From Torpedo marmorata (taxonomy: Eukaryota), in NCBI GenBank assembly GCA_977017645.1, contig OZ360230.1, forward strand, positions 38,254,001 to 38,318,000: a stretch of 64,000 nt of DNA, given 5' to 3'. Made by a program: the position numbers and the translations under genes. Shown here piece by piece: positions 38,320 to 50,327 of this stretch; position 1 is the first letter of the stretch; each line of letters opens with the position of its first letter. Under the pieces are notes generated by a model. That model was given only the letters and a program-made list of their open reading frames with translations. It made no database searches and was not told the DNA's origin.

Positions 38320-41177
38320 GCCCAGACCATTACAGTCTGTGCCCAACCCTCATGTAAAAATGGAAAACCTTCCCCAAAACCCCCAGGTCAGTCATAAAAA
38401 TAAGCCAGTCCCAAAATTACAGTCCACAAAAATCACTCTCTATGTTCAGGGTCTAAATTCAGCTCTGTGTGCTGGCACGAAGGACTTCTTAATGAACGTT
38501 GGAGAGAGAGACAATGACTGTTTAAGCTTACGAATGCTTGGCCTGCTTTTCTTCCCTGATGGCTTTCCCTTTTGGTAGGTGCACGAGGATTGCGATTCCA
38601 AAATCAGTATACCACTGATTGAGGCATATACTTGGATCTCACAGCCTGTCTTGCTGATCTCACGCCTGTTCTCCACAAAAGTTGCTTTATCTCAGGGTTT
38701 TGCTGTTACAGGAGGCCATGTGCTATTCTCCCAGCCTTTTCACTGGAATGCACAAGCCTGGATTTGGTGTTGTTGCTTCAACATCTTGCAACTCAAAACT
38801 GAATGCTTTTTGCAGAGTTTTGCACCTGCTTTTGAAAAAATGCAACAAAGTATCTTTCCACAACCTGTCTCTCTCTCTCTCTGTCTCTCTCTGAGCACAA
38901 CCAGTCCTGGGCAAGATAACTCTTTCAGTACCTGGTCCCAGTGTGTACTCCAAAAGACTTCATACTTCCTGCTGACCATCCGCAGTCCAAACGGTCAGTC
39001 GTGGTCCATAACAACATGAAATGATACTGACCTATGTGACTAAGAACCATAAAGTGTAATATTGATGCTCTTATCCTCAGAACTCGTCTGGCAATCCAGC
39101 TTAAAACGTATGAGAGGAAGTTTGTGCTTTATACAAGAAATATGCTAAGAAGTATTTAATGGTAAACTTACTCAAGATGGACCATGATAATTTAATCAGA
39201 CAGGTGGAATTAATCCCAATTCCTACTGCTTCATTCACATTCTTGTTATCCCACTCCACTCATCACAGTCCGCACTCACCAGTCTGCCTACTGCATTTCA
39301 ACAATATGATTGCTCAAATTTTCCAATTTACCTGACTGGTATTGTTTAATGAAATTCTTTTATTAAATTTGACAACAACTGTATCTCTGATGTTTGCCTT
39401 ATGGGCAACAATATGAAAACTGTTAAAACATCTTTCCATGTCTTATACTGGCAATCCTTACTAATTTCATCATTCATTCTTTTCCATCGAGTTTAAATGT
39501 TGGGCTATAATTTACAGAGACTTCAGATGTGTTATGCCCAGTAGCACATTGACAAATGCCCAATATCTTCAACAAACACATCTGCCCACATACATGTTAT
39601 GAATCAAGACTGAAAAGTCCCGACCGACTAGAACATTCACAAAATAGAATCGGCAGTGACCTCTAGAGTCAGCCTGTGATAAATCTTTACTGTAAATCTG
39701 AATTCTGCAGAGCAGACTCAAACAAACACAATTTGAACAGAATAGAAAGGAGGCATTATTAGATTCATACTGAGATATATCCTTCTTAATGTATATGCAG
39801 CTGAGCTCTGTTGAAGAGATTATTCAACAATTAGCAGTACACTTGGTTTCATGTTATGATATTTCTAAAATTAAGCATATAGTAAGTACTGACATTTATC
39901 CAAGTGCATGTGAGGTTTAATATCAGTTGACCCAGGCCCTGAAACACTGATTAAGTAACACTGAATAGGAAATATTTGAACTTCCTCAGCCTGCTGAAAT
40001 TTAAAGTGAGTGTCACCCCTGATTTTCCACCTTGTGGCTTTTTCTCCATTGCTGCTCGAGGCATTGTCCTGTCTCGATTTTTAAAATAAATTTTAAAACA
40101 GGGTTTCTGTGACATTGTTGGGAGCCTCCATCCCTACTGCTGCCCATTAAAGAGTCATCGTTGATTTCTTGCTCAATACATTTAATTGGCCAAGAAGCAG
40201 AGCCCCTGAAAAGGAATCTTGAAAGTTTAAGAACTGGATTGCTTTGATAAAGACAATGAAAACTGCATCAGCAGATGCAAGCAATGGTCAGTTGACTAGT
40301 CCCATCAGAAAAGCTAGGCCTCCCACTAGATCTTTCATGTGTACACTATGCACCTATTGCTGGCTGACTTACCAAATCATAATCAGATTGGCTTTTATGT
40401 TTGCTGTCATATAATATTGGCAGCACTATGGATAGGTTTTTCTGTAAGTTCTCAGGGTTCCAACCTACATTACATCCTATGCCATGTACTCCAGAACTGG
40501 TACAGAATAAAGAAAAGTTCTATTCTGTCATCGTATAAGTAATCATTACCCTGCCGAGAAATACTAACCACATAGAAGCAGAGGGGCCAAATGGAATTTT
40601 ACGCTCTGGACTTCAGAGAGATGAGTGTTAATAACAATATTTATTATACTGCTGAATACTTTGTAATTTGCAAAATCTAACAAAATTATTTTAATTGAAA
40701 CTTTTTTAAACACTTGTTATTATGCAGATTGCAATCATTGATTTTACATGACAAGGCAAAACGGAATGTTCAAAGGAGGTGCAAGTGATAATAGCAGAAT
40801 CGTCAATAGTATCTCCTGTCTGATAGTAAAAAGGATCTGAAAATGTCGAGCTTGTTGTTTGAGCACAGACTGCGAGAAATGGCGAGTGCTGCTCCTTATG
40901 CTTTTCCTGATATTCAGGAGGAGATTTCTGAAGAGCTCATAGTAGCATTTGGGTGGAGAATTCAAATGACAATGGAATCTGAATGTCAGTTTGCTGATGA
41001 AATCGTGAAATGCAGCAAAATGTCAAAAAGTTTGATGGAACTGAATTTCAGAAGGGGAGTGTAAGGCACATTGGCTGCTCCAGTATTGTGCAAGGAGTCA
41101 GAGACAAATTCCTTGTCCACTATCTGACATGCAAGAAATATACTGAAGGAAACACAAGAGAAGCTTCAATCTAGAAT

Positions 41178-41285
41178 AATAAAAACAAACTGCTAACTGC
41201 TGGAGGAACTCAACAAGTCAGGCAGCCTACATGGGGGAGAAGTGAACAGTCATCATTTCATGTTGAAACCCCGCTTCAGGTCTCA
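41178..41285 (-). mobile_element. Decayed Penelope-type terminal fragment
   Basis: TGCTGGAGGAACTCAACAAGTCAGGCAGC...ACAGTCATCATTTCATGTTGAAACCCCGCTTCAGG. Confidence 0.55.
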
Positions 41286-41290
41286 GGATA

Positions 41291-41600
41291 ATACTAAGGG
41301 AGTGGTGTTACTATTGGAAGTATTGGGTTCCAGACAGGCTAACCTGCACTTTTGTCTGTCCTCTCAGATGAATGGAAGGGAACCAATGACACAGCACAAT
41401 GAAAAGAGAGTGAACTATCTCAGTATTCTAACAAAAATCACTAAAAGAGCTTTATTGATAACTATTGCTATTTATGGAATGTTAACATTTACAAATTGAT
41501 TACAATATTTTTCTCTAATACCAGAGTGGTAATATCTCAAAAGTAATTAGTTGACACATATTGTGTAGGTAAAAGACTATGCCAAAGCAAGTTTTTTTTA
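41291..41600 (+). mobile_element. Ancient Deu-domain SINE remnant (SacSINE1/AmnSINE-like)
   Basis: Collinear resemblance to the recalled Deu consensus: AGGGAGTG...GTCTGTCCTCTCAGATG...ATCACTAAAA...TTGCTATTTATGG...CAAATTG...CAAAAGTA. Weaker fragments at ~43720-43865 (-) and ~54610-54745 (+). Confidence 0.5.
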
Positions 41601-41859
41601 AACCTCAGAAATAGCAGTAGCAAGGAAGTGTATAGCAGTAACTTGGGAATCAGATACAAATTTAGGCATGGATAGATGGAATATAGAGATGCGGAGTTGT
41701 ATTCCATTGGAAAAAATAACATATAACATGAGAAATAAATATGGGATATTTTTGCAAATTTGGTGTCCATATATCCAATCATTAGGTATGAATATTTAAA
41801 TGTGTTGTTCTACATCCTAGACCCTGTTGACTCTCTCAAATTTAAAGAATAAAAATATT

Positions 41860-42157
41860 GTTGAATACCATGCGTCGAGCTGTGGTCCCAGCAGTGACCC
41901 GTACAGATGTGTTTAATAAGTAATACCAATGCCTTCTTTTCTGTTTTCTTTTTTAGTTTTTAAGTAAGGGGAGGGAAATAAAGGGAGGGGAAGGGTGGAG
42001 GGTGGGGTAGAAATATTATAGGGGGTGGGTTAAGGGATGGGTTAGATACACTGTAATACAAATTATGTTTTTTATTTACTGGAGTTAATGATGTATACTA
42101 CATATGTTGTACAATTGTGCGAAAATTCAAATTTTTAATAAAATATTTTAAAAAAAG
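41860..42157 (+). mobile_element. L1-like 3' UTR fragment
   Basis: T-rich tract, G-rich tract, AATAAA and A-tail in the same order as the 3' end of the L1 at 57121-57320. Confidence 0.55.
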
Positions 42158-43294
42158 AAATTTTAAAAAACCAGAAGTTACTTGTTAATCATCTGATAGG
42201 ATAAAATGTAAATATATTTCTGATACAAACCCTTTTTATGTAACGAAGATTGATTTTGTTACCTTCAACACATATTGACAACAGACACTTCTACCTCTGA
42301 TTTTATCCTCAAGCTTTATTGTGCCTAGCAGACTGGTACACTGATTTGAACATTTCAAATGAAAAGAAATCTCATTTTCTATTAAGTGAAACCACAACCA
42401 GTTATTCTAATTGGCCTAACAACTACAGTATGGGCCTCAGGGGGAACCATTCCACAAACGTCGTCTCCCATTAGTGTCAACAGTTACACCAATCTGATTA
42501 CATTCACATCAAGGAGGAGCAATTCTCATTTTTCTATAATGATTACTTACCTCATTTAATCATCGGGAAAAATAAACAATTTAAAATGTCAAAGTTAAAC
42601 ACTGGAGAAGATTCTAATCAACAAGATATTCACAAAGACTTCTTTGTCACTATTTTCAATCCATGAGTTTCAAATAAAAAGTGCACTGTTTGACTGAAAT
42701 TATTTTAAACCAGATAAATACTTTAAACCTATGGAATCATCAACAATTTTTGTAAAATAAACTGTAACTAAGTTTTATTCTCATACATGCTGATAGACCA
42801 GCTGTCCATTTATGGCATTTTCTACTTTTTTTATTTTAATTTACCAGCACCCGGTAATACTAAACAGGTGGACAAAAGTTAATGTATTTCCATGACGATA
42901 ACAACTTTAGAGATTGGACATGTTCCAGCCAGATAACCAAACCAATCAAACCCCATGGGCAATTGTTTAATTATCAATTGATCAGAACATAGTAATACCC
43001 ACTTACAAAAATATATGGAGAAATTATATATTTACCAATTTTAGGCAATTCCATACTAAACAAATTCAAACCCATCACCATTCTATTCTGAATAGCATCT
43101 CCACATGAAATAATTACAAAGCCACCAAAAATTTAACAACGAAGGTTTCAGAACACAACAACCTTATCCACATCTTTTGATTCTAAATACAATAACAACA
43201 ATAATCACACTATTACAAATGTACCAACTGTTTCTCATTAAAGAAATCCAAAGTCAATATTAAGTCTGCATCTACAGTACTTCAAACTCATTTA

Positions 43295-43656
43295 TGTTTT
43301 TTAGACAGAAGTAGCGAGATTTTTCCGTCATCAATATGCATACTTACCCTCCGGAGTGGCTGTTCACACAAGATGGAGTTTACACTAACTTCCTGCGTTG
43401 CGGTGATTCCGGAGGGTGGATGTGGGTCGACGTCGATTTGGTCGTACACAGGTACGTCGTATTCATTAACCCATTTTTGCGGACCGCCTGCAGTTCAGTT
43501 TAGACTGCAAGCAATCCGCAAAAATGTCTCGGGCTGCTGCAGGAAAAATGTTGGGACGGAAATTAGTTACTAATTTCCGTCACAACATTTTTACACAGCC
43601 AGCATAATGGGAAATTTCCGAGATTTTCCCGTTATGCAGCGGCTGTGTAAAAGTCA
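43295..43656. mobile_element. CpG-rich MITE-like element (possibly PIF/Harbinger-type)
   Basis: CpG-rich island in CpG-poor DNA; imperfect terminal IR TGTTTTTTAGACAG / CTGTGTAAAAGTCA; internal hairpin TTTTACACAGCC...GGCTGTGTAAAA; TSD ambiguous (TTA vs TAA). Confidence 0.5.
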
Positions 43657-44296
43657 TAATTGATAGTCCATGGCAAACACCAGCAAACACAACATCCAAA
43701 TAAGAATAATGAGAAAATATAAAGCATCTTTGTCCCAAAGCATTTCACAGGCAATTAGTTGTGAAATGTAAGTCAGTGTTGATAACAGACTTAACAGCAA
43801 TTTGCACAAGTTTCTACTTACTAGAATAAAATGAAAAAGAAGTTCATGTGGGTTGAGGGAAGTATTCAGAACTATCAGAGTTTGTAATTATTTAATCTGG
43901 AAAGACAACAGATTTTGAGAAGGAAGTACAACATTACAGCAGATTTAGAGTGTATTACCTTTAATGATTCTAAAATAAGACAGCAATTCTAAATTGAACC
44001 ATCAATTCAAAACACTCCAAAATGAATTGCAAATCGACATTTTCCCATTCTAAGTTTACTAGCTGTTCCAGGTTCAGCAATGCCAAATCCATTAACACTG
44101 CTGCATTCATATCACATCCAACTACCTGTATAGGAAACTGATAAACGAGTCAGCACTTAGAAAACGATAAACTCAGCAATCCATATCAATTCCATAACAG
44201 TTATTCCATATATACATTAAATTGCACAGCATAAAATTCTGAAGTCCTTTCTACCTCTGAATTAATCCTACATTCAAAAATGAACAACACATACTA

Positions 44297-45156
44297 CACT
44301 GGACAATGAAAATTTTTCTTCCTGAACACCTTTGGGTGTATTTTTATGGATTTTGGGCTCCTTATCATGAAAATCACCTTAAAATTGTCTAATCACGTAC
44401 TTTTTTTAATATATAATTTATTTTTGTGATTTCCTGTCATATTTTAAGTCTACTTCTAGCAGGGGAGGCACGGTTGGTGAGCGGTTAGCGCAACGCTTTT
44501 ACAGCACCAGCGATCGGGACCGGGGTTTGAATCCCACGCTGTCTGTAAGGAGTTTGTACGCTCTCCCTTGTCTGCATGGATTTTCCCTGGGGGCTCCGGT
44601 TTCCTTCCACCGTTTGAAACGTACCGGGGGTGTAGGTTAATTGGGTGTAAATTGGGCAACACGGACTCGTGGGCCGAAATGGCCTGTTACCATGCTGTAT
44701 GTCCAAAAAAAAACACGAAGTGCAACATGTCATTGAAAATTCATTTTCTGCATGCACACTTGGACTTCTCCCCTGCTGATCTTGGTGCAGTCAGTGATGA
44801 ACATGGTGAAAGATTTCACCAGGACATTGCGACCATGGAAAAGCGGAATCAGGGAAACTGGAATCCATCAATGCTGGCCGACTATTGTTGGACACTGACA
44901 CGAGAGGCATCAGATGCTGAGTACAAACGAAAATCAACAGCAAAACATTTTATTTGATCAGTTGAACTAACGCAACGTGTCAGCATCATTATGCGATTAA
45001 ACATGCTAAATTCAATAAAAGTTAATTTAATGTTTCTCCAACTTCCTCCGTAATACAGCAAATCTGAAACTATATTTATGTTCATCTTAAAGTTGTCCAT
45101 CATAATCCCCAATTTTTTTCAGGAAGCAAACATTTCAAATAATTTATTGTCCAGTG
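44297..45156 (+). mobile_element. Chapaev3-like (CMC) non-autonomous DNA transposon, copy 1
   Basis: TIRs CACTGGACAA / TTGTCCAGTG; 3-bp TSD CTA (44294-44296, 45157-45159); retains a transposase-like C-terminus MSLKIHFLHAHLDF...SDEHGERFHQDI...MLADYCW. Family name recalled from the CAC..GTG ends, 3-bp TSD and protein motif. Confidence 0.8.
44462..44712 (+). mobile_element. V-SINE nested in Chapaev3-like copy 1
   Basis: Closely similar to 30213-30460; absent from the equivalent position of copy 2. Confidence 0.9.
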
Positions 45157-45159
45157 CTA

Positions 45160-48100
45160 TCCAATATCAAATTTTCTGGCAATTCCACCCCAAATGATTT
45201 CAAATCTGCAGGCAATTCTAAATCAAGTGATTACAGAAATAATTATTCCAAATGTACTAAGAATTTCATCTTAAATTACATGCTATTCATTGATAGCTCC
45301 ATATTTCATTTCGTACTTCCAGATCAAATTACTGAGAGTTATCCATGCATTTCATTTAACTTTACTGATAATTCTAAATGAAGCAGAAATGCAGGGTGGT
45401 TCACGTTAAGAAACTACTTATATTTACAAAGAAATGTGAACTGTACCTGACTTTCTGTATTTTGCCAAACAGAATGATCTGATTGGCCAGAGAATTCAGC
45501 TTGAAATCATTACAACTGATTTTCAAATAATGCACAAAATTTGTTCAAGTTATTTCCAATTCTTTCAAAATTTAACATGGTAAACAATTGTGGTTAAACT
45601 TTTTTCAAGTTTTTAAGATATTGCATAGTAACAGTTTCACACATCTTGTATCAGATTGAGGCACTTCTTGTCAGAGTATCCTCAACTACTTCCCTTCAAC
45701 TTCTAAATGATAGAATTTCAGTTCAAGAAAGAAAGTGAAGATAGTTTGGAACAGAAATATTTGCACACACATCTCCATCAAATTCAAAAAAATTATACTT
45801 TACTTTCATGTGTTGCAAATAATTCCATGTTCAAAACAGTTCATGATCCAAATAACTCCCTAATTCCAAACAACTGGTTTTAAATAAATCACAAATTATT
45901 TAAATCTTTGAAACCATTTCAGTCAAACGATATTAAGCCATTTATGTAAAACCATCCTAACTGCTCTGCATTAATCTGCTTGAAAATCTTTGAACTGTTC
46001 TAACAATTCCTTTGTAACCTTATTAGATAATTTCTTAACAAGAAATGTTGAATGTTTCCTATTTAACATAACACAAACAAATTTATAAAAAAGATCTTTA
46101 CAATGTGTTGGATTATCATCTCAATCTAAGTAACTGTATATCAAGTTATTCCAATTTATTTCCTATCAAAGAATTCCAAACAATTTCTCCATACCAGTGT
46201 AAAATACAAAATTAATTAAATTACCTAACTGCTCCAAATTACTTCAAACATTTTTAGAGCATACAATTCCCTAGGAATGCACCTAATCATATTAAATTGT
46301 ACCAAATTGACAAAGAAAATTGAACAAATGCAGAACATAATTTGTTTATTGAACAATTCTAAACATTCTGCAATCTGAACAAACAGCAAAGCCACCCTCC
46401 CATCAATATTACATATCTCACTTCCATATTACACTTTCCCTATCAGATAATTTATCTTCTAAACAAATATTTGCAAACTATTCCATGCAAATACCATAGA
46501 AATCAGATCATCAGCTCATTAAGTAATTAACTGGAAAACAAGATCTAAACAATTATCTGGAAAATAATTTCAAGTGTAATTATTCAACATCAAATGTTTT
46601 AGAATCAATCTTTTCTGGTATATTAAACAGCTTATTCTAATTGTTAAAACTATTCCCAATCAAGCAATTTCTGATCAACCTATTTCAACAATTCTCAATT
46701 CAAACAGTTCCTCATCAATGTATTCCATAATTAACAACCAAATACTTAAATACTCCCCCATTAAACAATTCTTAGGCAATTCATTATCACGCAATTCTCT
46801 GTGCACATTATTATTGATCAACTATTTTAACTGTCCACTGCAAAGTAATGAAATGTTCCCCAGAAAAATATTCCTTACCAAGCTGTTCAGTTTGCATTTA
46901 AAAACCTAAACAATTCCCACTCAGTAAGCTTTCATTTAAGTAATCCTCAATTACCTATTAAAATTATATCCTTGTAAACAATTTCCTATCCCAGAATAAT
47001 TTGATCATAAACAATTTTGGTATCAAACTATATTTAAGCCATTTCTGAGAATTTTTGCTTGACTAATTTCTTATTCATTGTTCCATGTGTAATTTCCAAA
47101 TCATTCAAAAGTGTCCCTGCAGACAATATCCAAAATTTCCAATAATTTAGTGAATGATTCTATTAAATATTTATTTTTTAAATAATGAAATAGTTTAAAT
47201 GAATCCTAATCAAAAACTTAAATTATTTTCCAAAAACTTTCCTACTGATACGTAACAACATTACAAACATATTTAAATATTTTTAAATCCATTACACATT
47301 ACTTCAAAATATTCCCTCATTTAAAAAAAATGTCACAACACGTCAATCCAAATGATTTAATAACCAACTAATCAAAACATGCTCCCAATCAAATGTTCAA
47401 CTTTAGCTATAATTATGTCCATTCATTCTGTAACAACATTCAAACAATTAACTGGATGACACTTGCTGTCAAAGTATTTCATATAAAACTATTTCATATC
47501 AAATGATCCCCTACTTTCATCAGCCTAAAATATTATTCCACCACCTTTCCATTAAAACATTCAATTAATTACATACATTTAAAATACTTGCTTCTGTTTA
47601 TTCAAATACAATAAAATCACCTACCAAAGTATTTAATTCCCTATCAGTATTTTCTAAACAAATTCCAAGTTGCTTGAAACAATTCCCAAATATTCTAAAT
47701 AATTCCATATGAAACAACTCCACATCAAAACATGGCATGTATTAATTTTAAAAGAATGTGCTGTAAACTTACAAGTAGTTTCCTATTTGGTTCCAACTTA
47801 TTAAACTATTCCAAACAATTCCACATTAATTACTGGAAACAATTGCCCTAAGTTACTGCATACATTCTTGTTATGTTGTTCTAAATTTGCAAGCAATTAT
47901 TTATTAAACTAATATATATTAATAAGGATATTTTACCAGCATTTCTTAACAAATTCATTTAAAAACATCCTGTGTAATATATCTGAAAAAATTCCATACA
48001 ACTTTGTACTAAATATTTCTGACCTGATTGTCAATTCAAAACCACTCCAACAAAATTCCATTCAACTATTCTGAACAAATTTGTTGTAAATATTGAGATA

Positions 48101-48230
48101 GTTCAAGAAATTATTTACATGTTAAAAAGCATTGAGTTCTTCAACAAAGTATTCCAAATAATAGCAGATTCAAAAGTTTTCAACATTTTCATAATTCATC
48201 CATTACAAACCTTTTGACAATCTGTGTTAA
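45160..48230. repeat. Decayed, strand-biased AT-rich repeat region (recurring AAACAATTCC-like motif)
   Basis: G-poor plus strand; motif variants at ~46001, 46178, 46261, 46908, 47677, 47712 and 47813. Confidence 0.6.
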
Positions 48231-50059
48231 ATTACAGGAACAACAGAACTGTGCCACCATATATGAGTTGAAATTCAATTACTAGTTCGAGCTTCTGGGT
48301 TGCAGGGAGCTGATGTAAATCACAGATATTTATATGGCTCCATTAATGACAGAGTTGGATAAGCGTGAGTCGATACATTTGGCTGTGGGGTATGAAATGT
48401 ATTGTGAGATATGATATTTCCCAGACACTCTGACCCACTAGGTGAATTGCCACATTCTCTACCAATCCTGAGCATTCTTAATTTCCCATCTAATTTTGTC
48501 ACAGCAGAACATTTTTTCCAGAGTTAGGAGAAATACGGATACAGGAAATCATTTTTATTGATAGCAGAAAACAACAGAACTTGAGGTAAAAAAAAAGATT
48601 ACCCCAACTGAGGTAAATGCACAGTTTGATACAATCCTGAGCCACAAAGTTTCCTAACGTCTCTGTTCAATCTTTTGCCCATACTGGATTAGCCATCTTC
48701 AGGTGGAGCCCTGATTCGGACACTGATTACTAAAAGTAACTCTGATTTCTTTAAAGTGGGAAAGGGAAAAAGAATAAAATCCTATTTAAGATCATGCATT
48801 TGGTCTAATCTGTTCTGAGCTCATGGTCAATGTAAAGATTTTATCCTCAATGTTTATAATTCAGTCTGACATTTCAGGAAAAGGAATTTGCAGTTTAGCA
48901 CTCATAAATAACTACAATCTCATTGATGCATCAGTCATGCTACCACCTGTTGCTTCTCTGGGAGACTTATAGACTCAAGAAAGTTTCCCAGGGTAATAGA
49001 GTAGAAGATTACTAATATTAAGTGTGATATCACGACAAAATATCAATTTTGTCTTATATCAGAATTCAGACTATTTTATTTTAAGGCACTTACTAATCAA
49101 TGAAAAATATAGCCCTCACAATTAATATTACTCTTTAAAAATCATGTAATAAAACAAACATATTAAAACATCCCATCCAATGCCTTGGTCCCAACGACCT
49201 CCTTTGTCGTACTTTCACTAACTGGTGCAGCTGCAAACAAACATGTTTTATGTTGTAAACTGCTAACCAAATAGAAGCAGATAAGAGCAGGGAAAGGGTG
49301 GGATTGCAGTTAAAGTACTGACATTTTCAGTTGATAATGCCAATTTACTGAATGCCCAAATAGGTATTTCCTTTACATAAAAGAAGACAATCAGGCCTTT
49401 GTGGTCCAGCGTTGGTTTGAGAGACTTCCAGACAGGCCATTCAAAAGCAGTGCCATCCAGTCGGAAACTGGGAGGTGGTATCCCCAACCCTCATAGAGAT
49501 CTCTGCTGGTTCGGAATAGGATATATATAAATATATATAAAATATTAGATATACAATTACAAGCCTTAAAGACATTCGTTGTGTGTGATATGGGCACATT
49601 TAGCAAAAGTAATACAATGTAAAAAGAAGCTAAATTTGGTATTCTTTAGAGCAGGAGTAATTTTTTGAAATCTGAGTTCCATCATGCTAACCAAAGCAGC
49701 TATTTGGCATATGGAGCTTCTCCCACCAGAGCCACGATAAAACTAATAGCAGTGTTTAAAAGAGCTTTGTCATTGCAAGGAAGTCAGTAGGTTAATTTTT
49801 TTTTGTTGCTGTTTATATTGGAGCATATAAGATGGTCGTAAATGACTTCATTCGAAGCAAGTATGATTTTGATGTAGCTTTCTATCAATACATTGCATAT
49901 TTGCAACTCAAGGATGAAAAGCTAATTTGTTATATATCATTATTATACTCTAGGTTTATGTTGCAATGTAGAATGAATGAATTTCTCAGTTCAAGAACAG
50001 TTTCTTTCCAACTGCAACCAGGTTCATGAGCCTCCCCTTACTGTTCTGACAATAAAATA

Positions 50060-50270
50060 CTCTGACACCACAAAAAGGGTTGTCTGCACTGTTGTAATGC
50101 CACTTTTGTTTTCTTGCACTATGGTGAGTGTGAATATTTATTATCTATTTATCTTTGTATTTAATATTTATTTTTAATTTAAAGTATACTATTGCAGTTA
50201 TTTTTTCAAACAAAATACCTGTTCAGCTGCAGCAAGTAAGAATTGTACAATGTATTTGACAATAAACCCA
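50060..50270 (+). mobile_element. Rex1-like 3' UTR fragment
   Basis: TTGCACTA...GCTGCAGCAAGTAAGAATT...TGACAATAAAC. Confidence 0.45.
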
Positions 50271-50327
50271 TGATGAGTGAAACTTTGTAGAAGAGTGAGG
50301 CTAATATATTTAGATTTAATGTTCAAT

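Noticed and set aside
38579-39019. 146-aa ORF
   Set aside because: GTG start, includes a CT microsatellite, and has no recognisable domain.
40843-41064. 73-aa ATG ORF with protein-like composition
   Set aside because: No family recognised and no convincing splice context; it would need BLASTP or RNA evidence.
44568-44957. 129-aa ORF as a novel host gene
   Set aside because: It is a chimera of V-SINE sequence and a transposase fragment inside TIRs.
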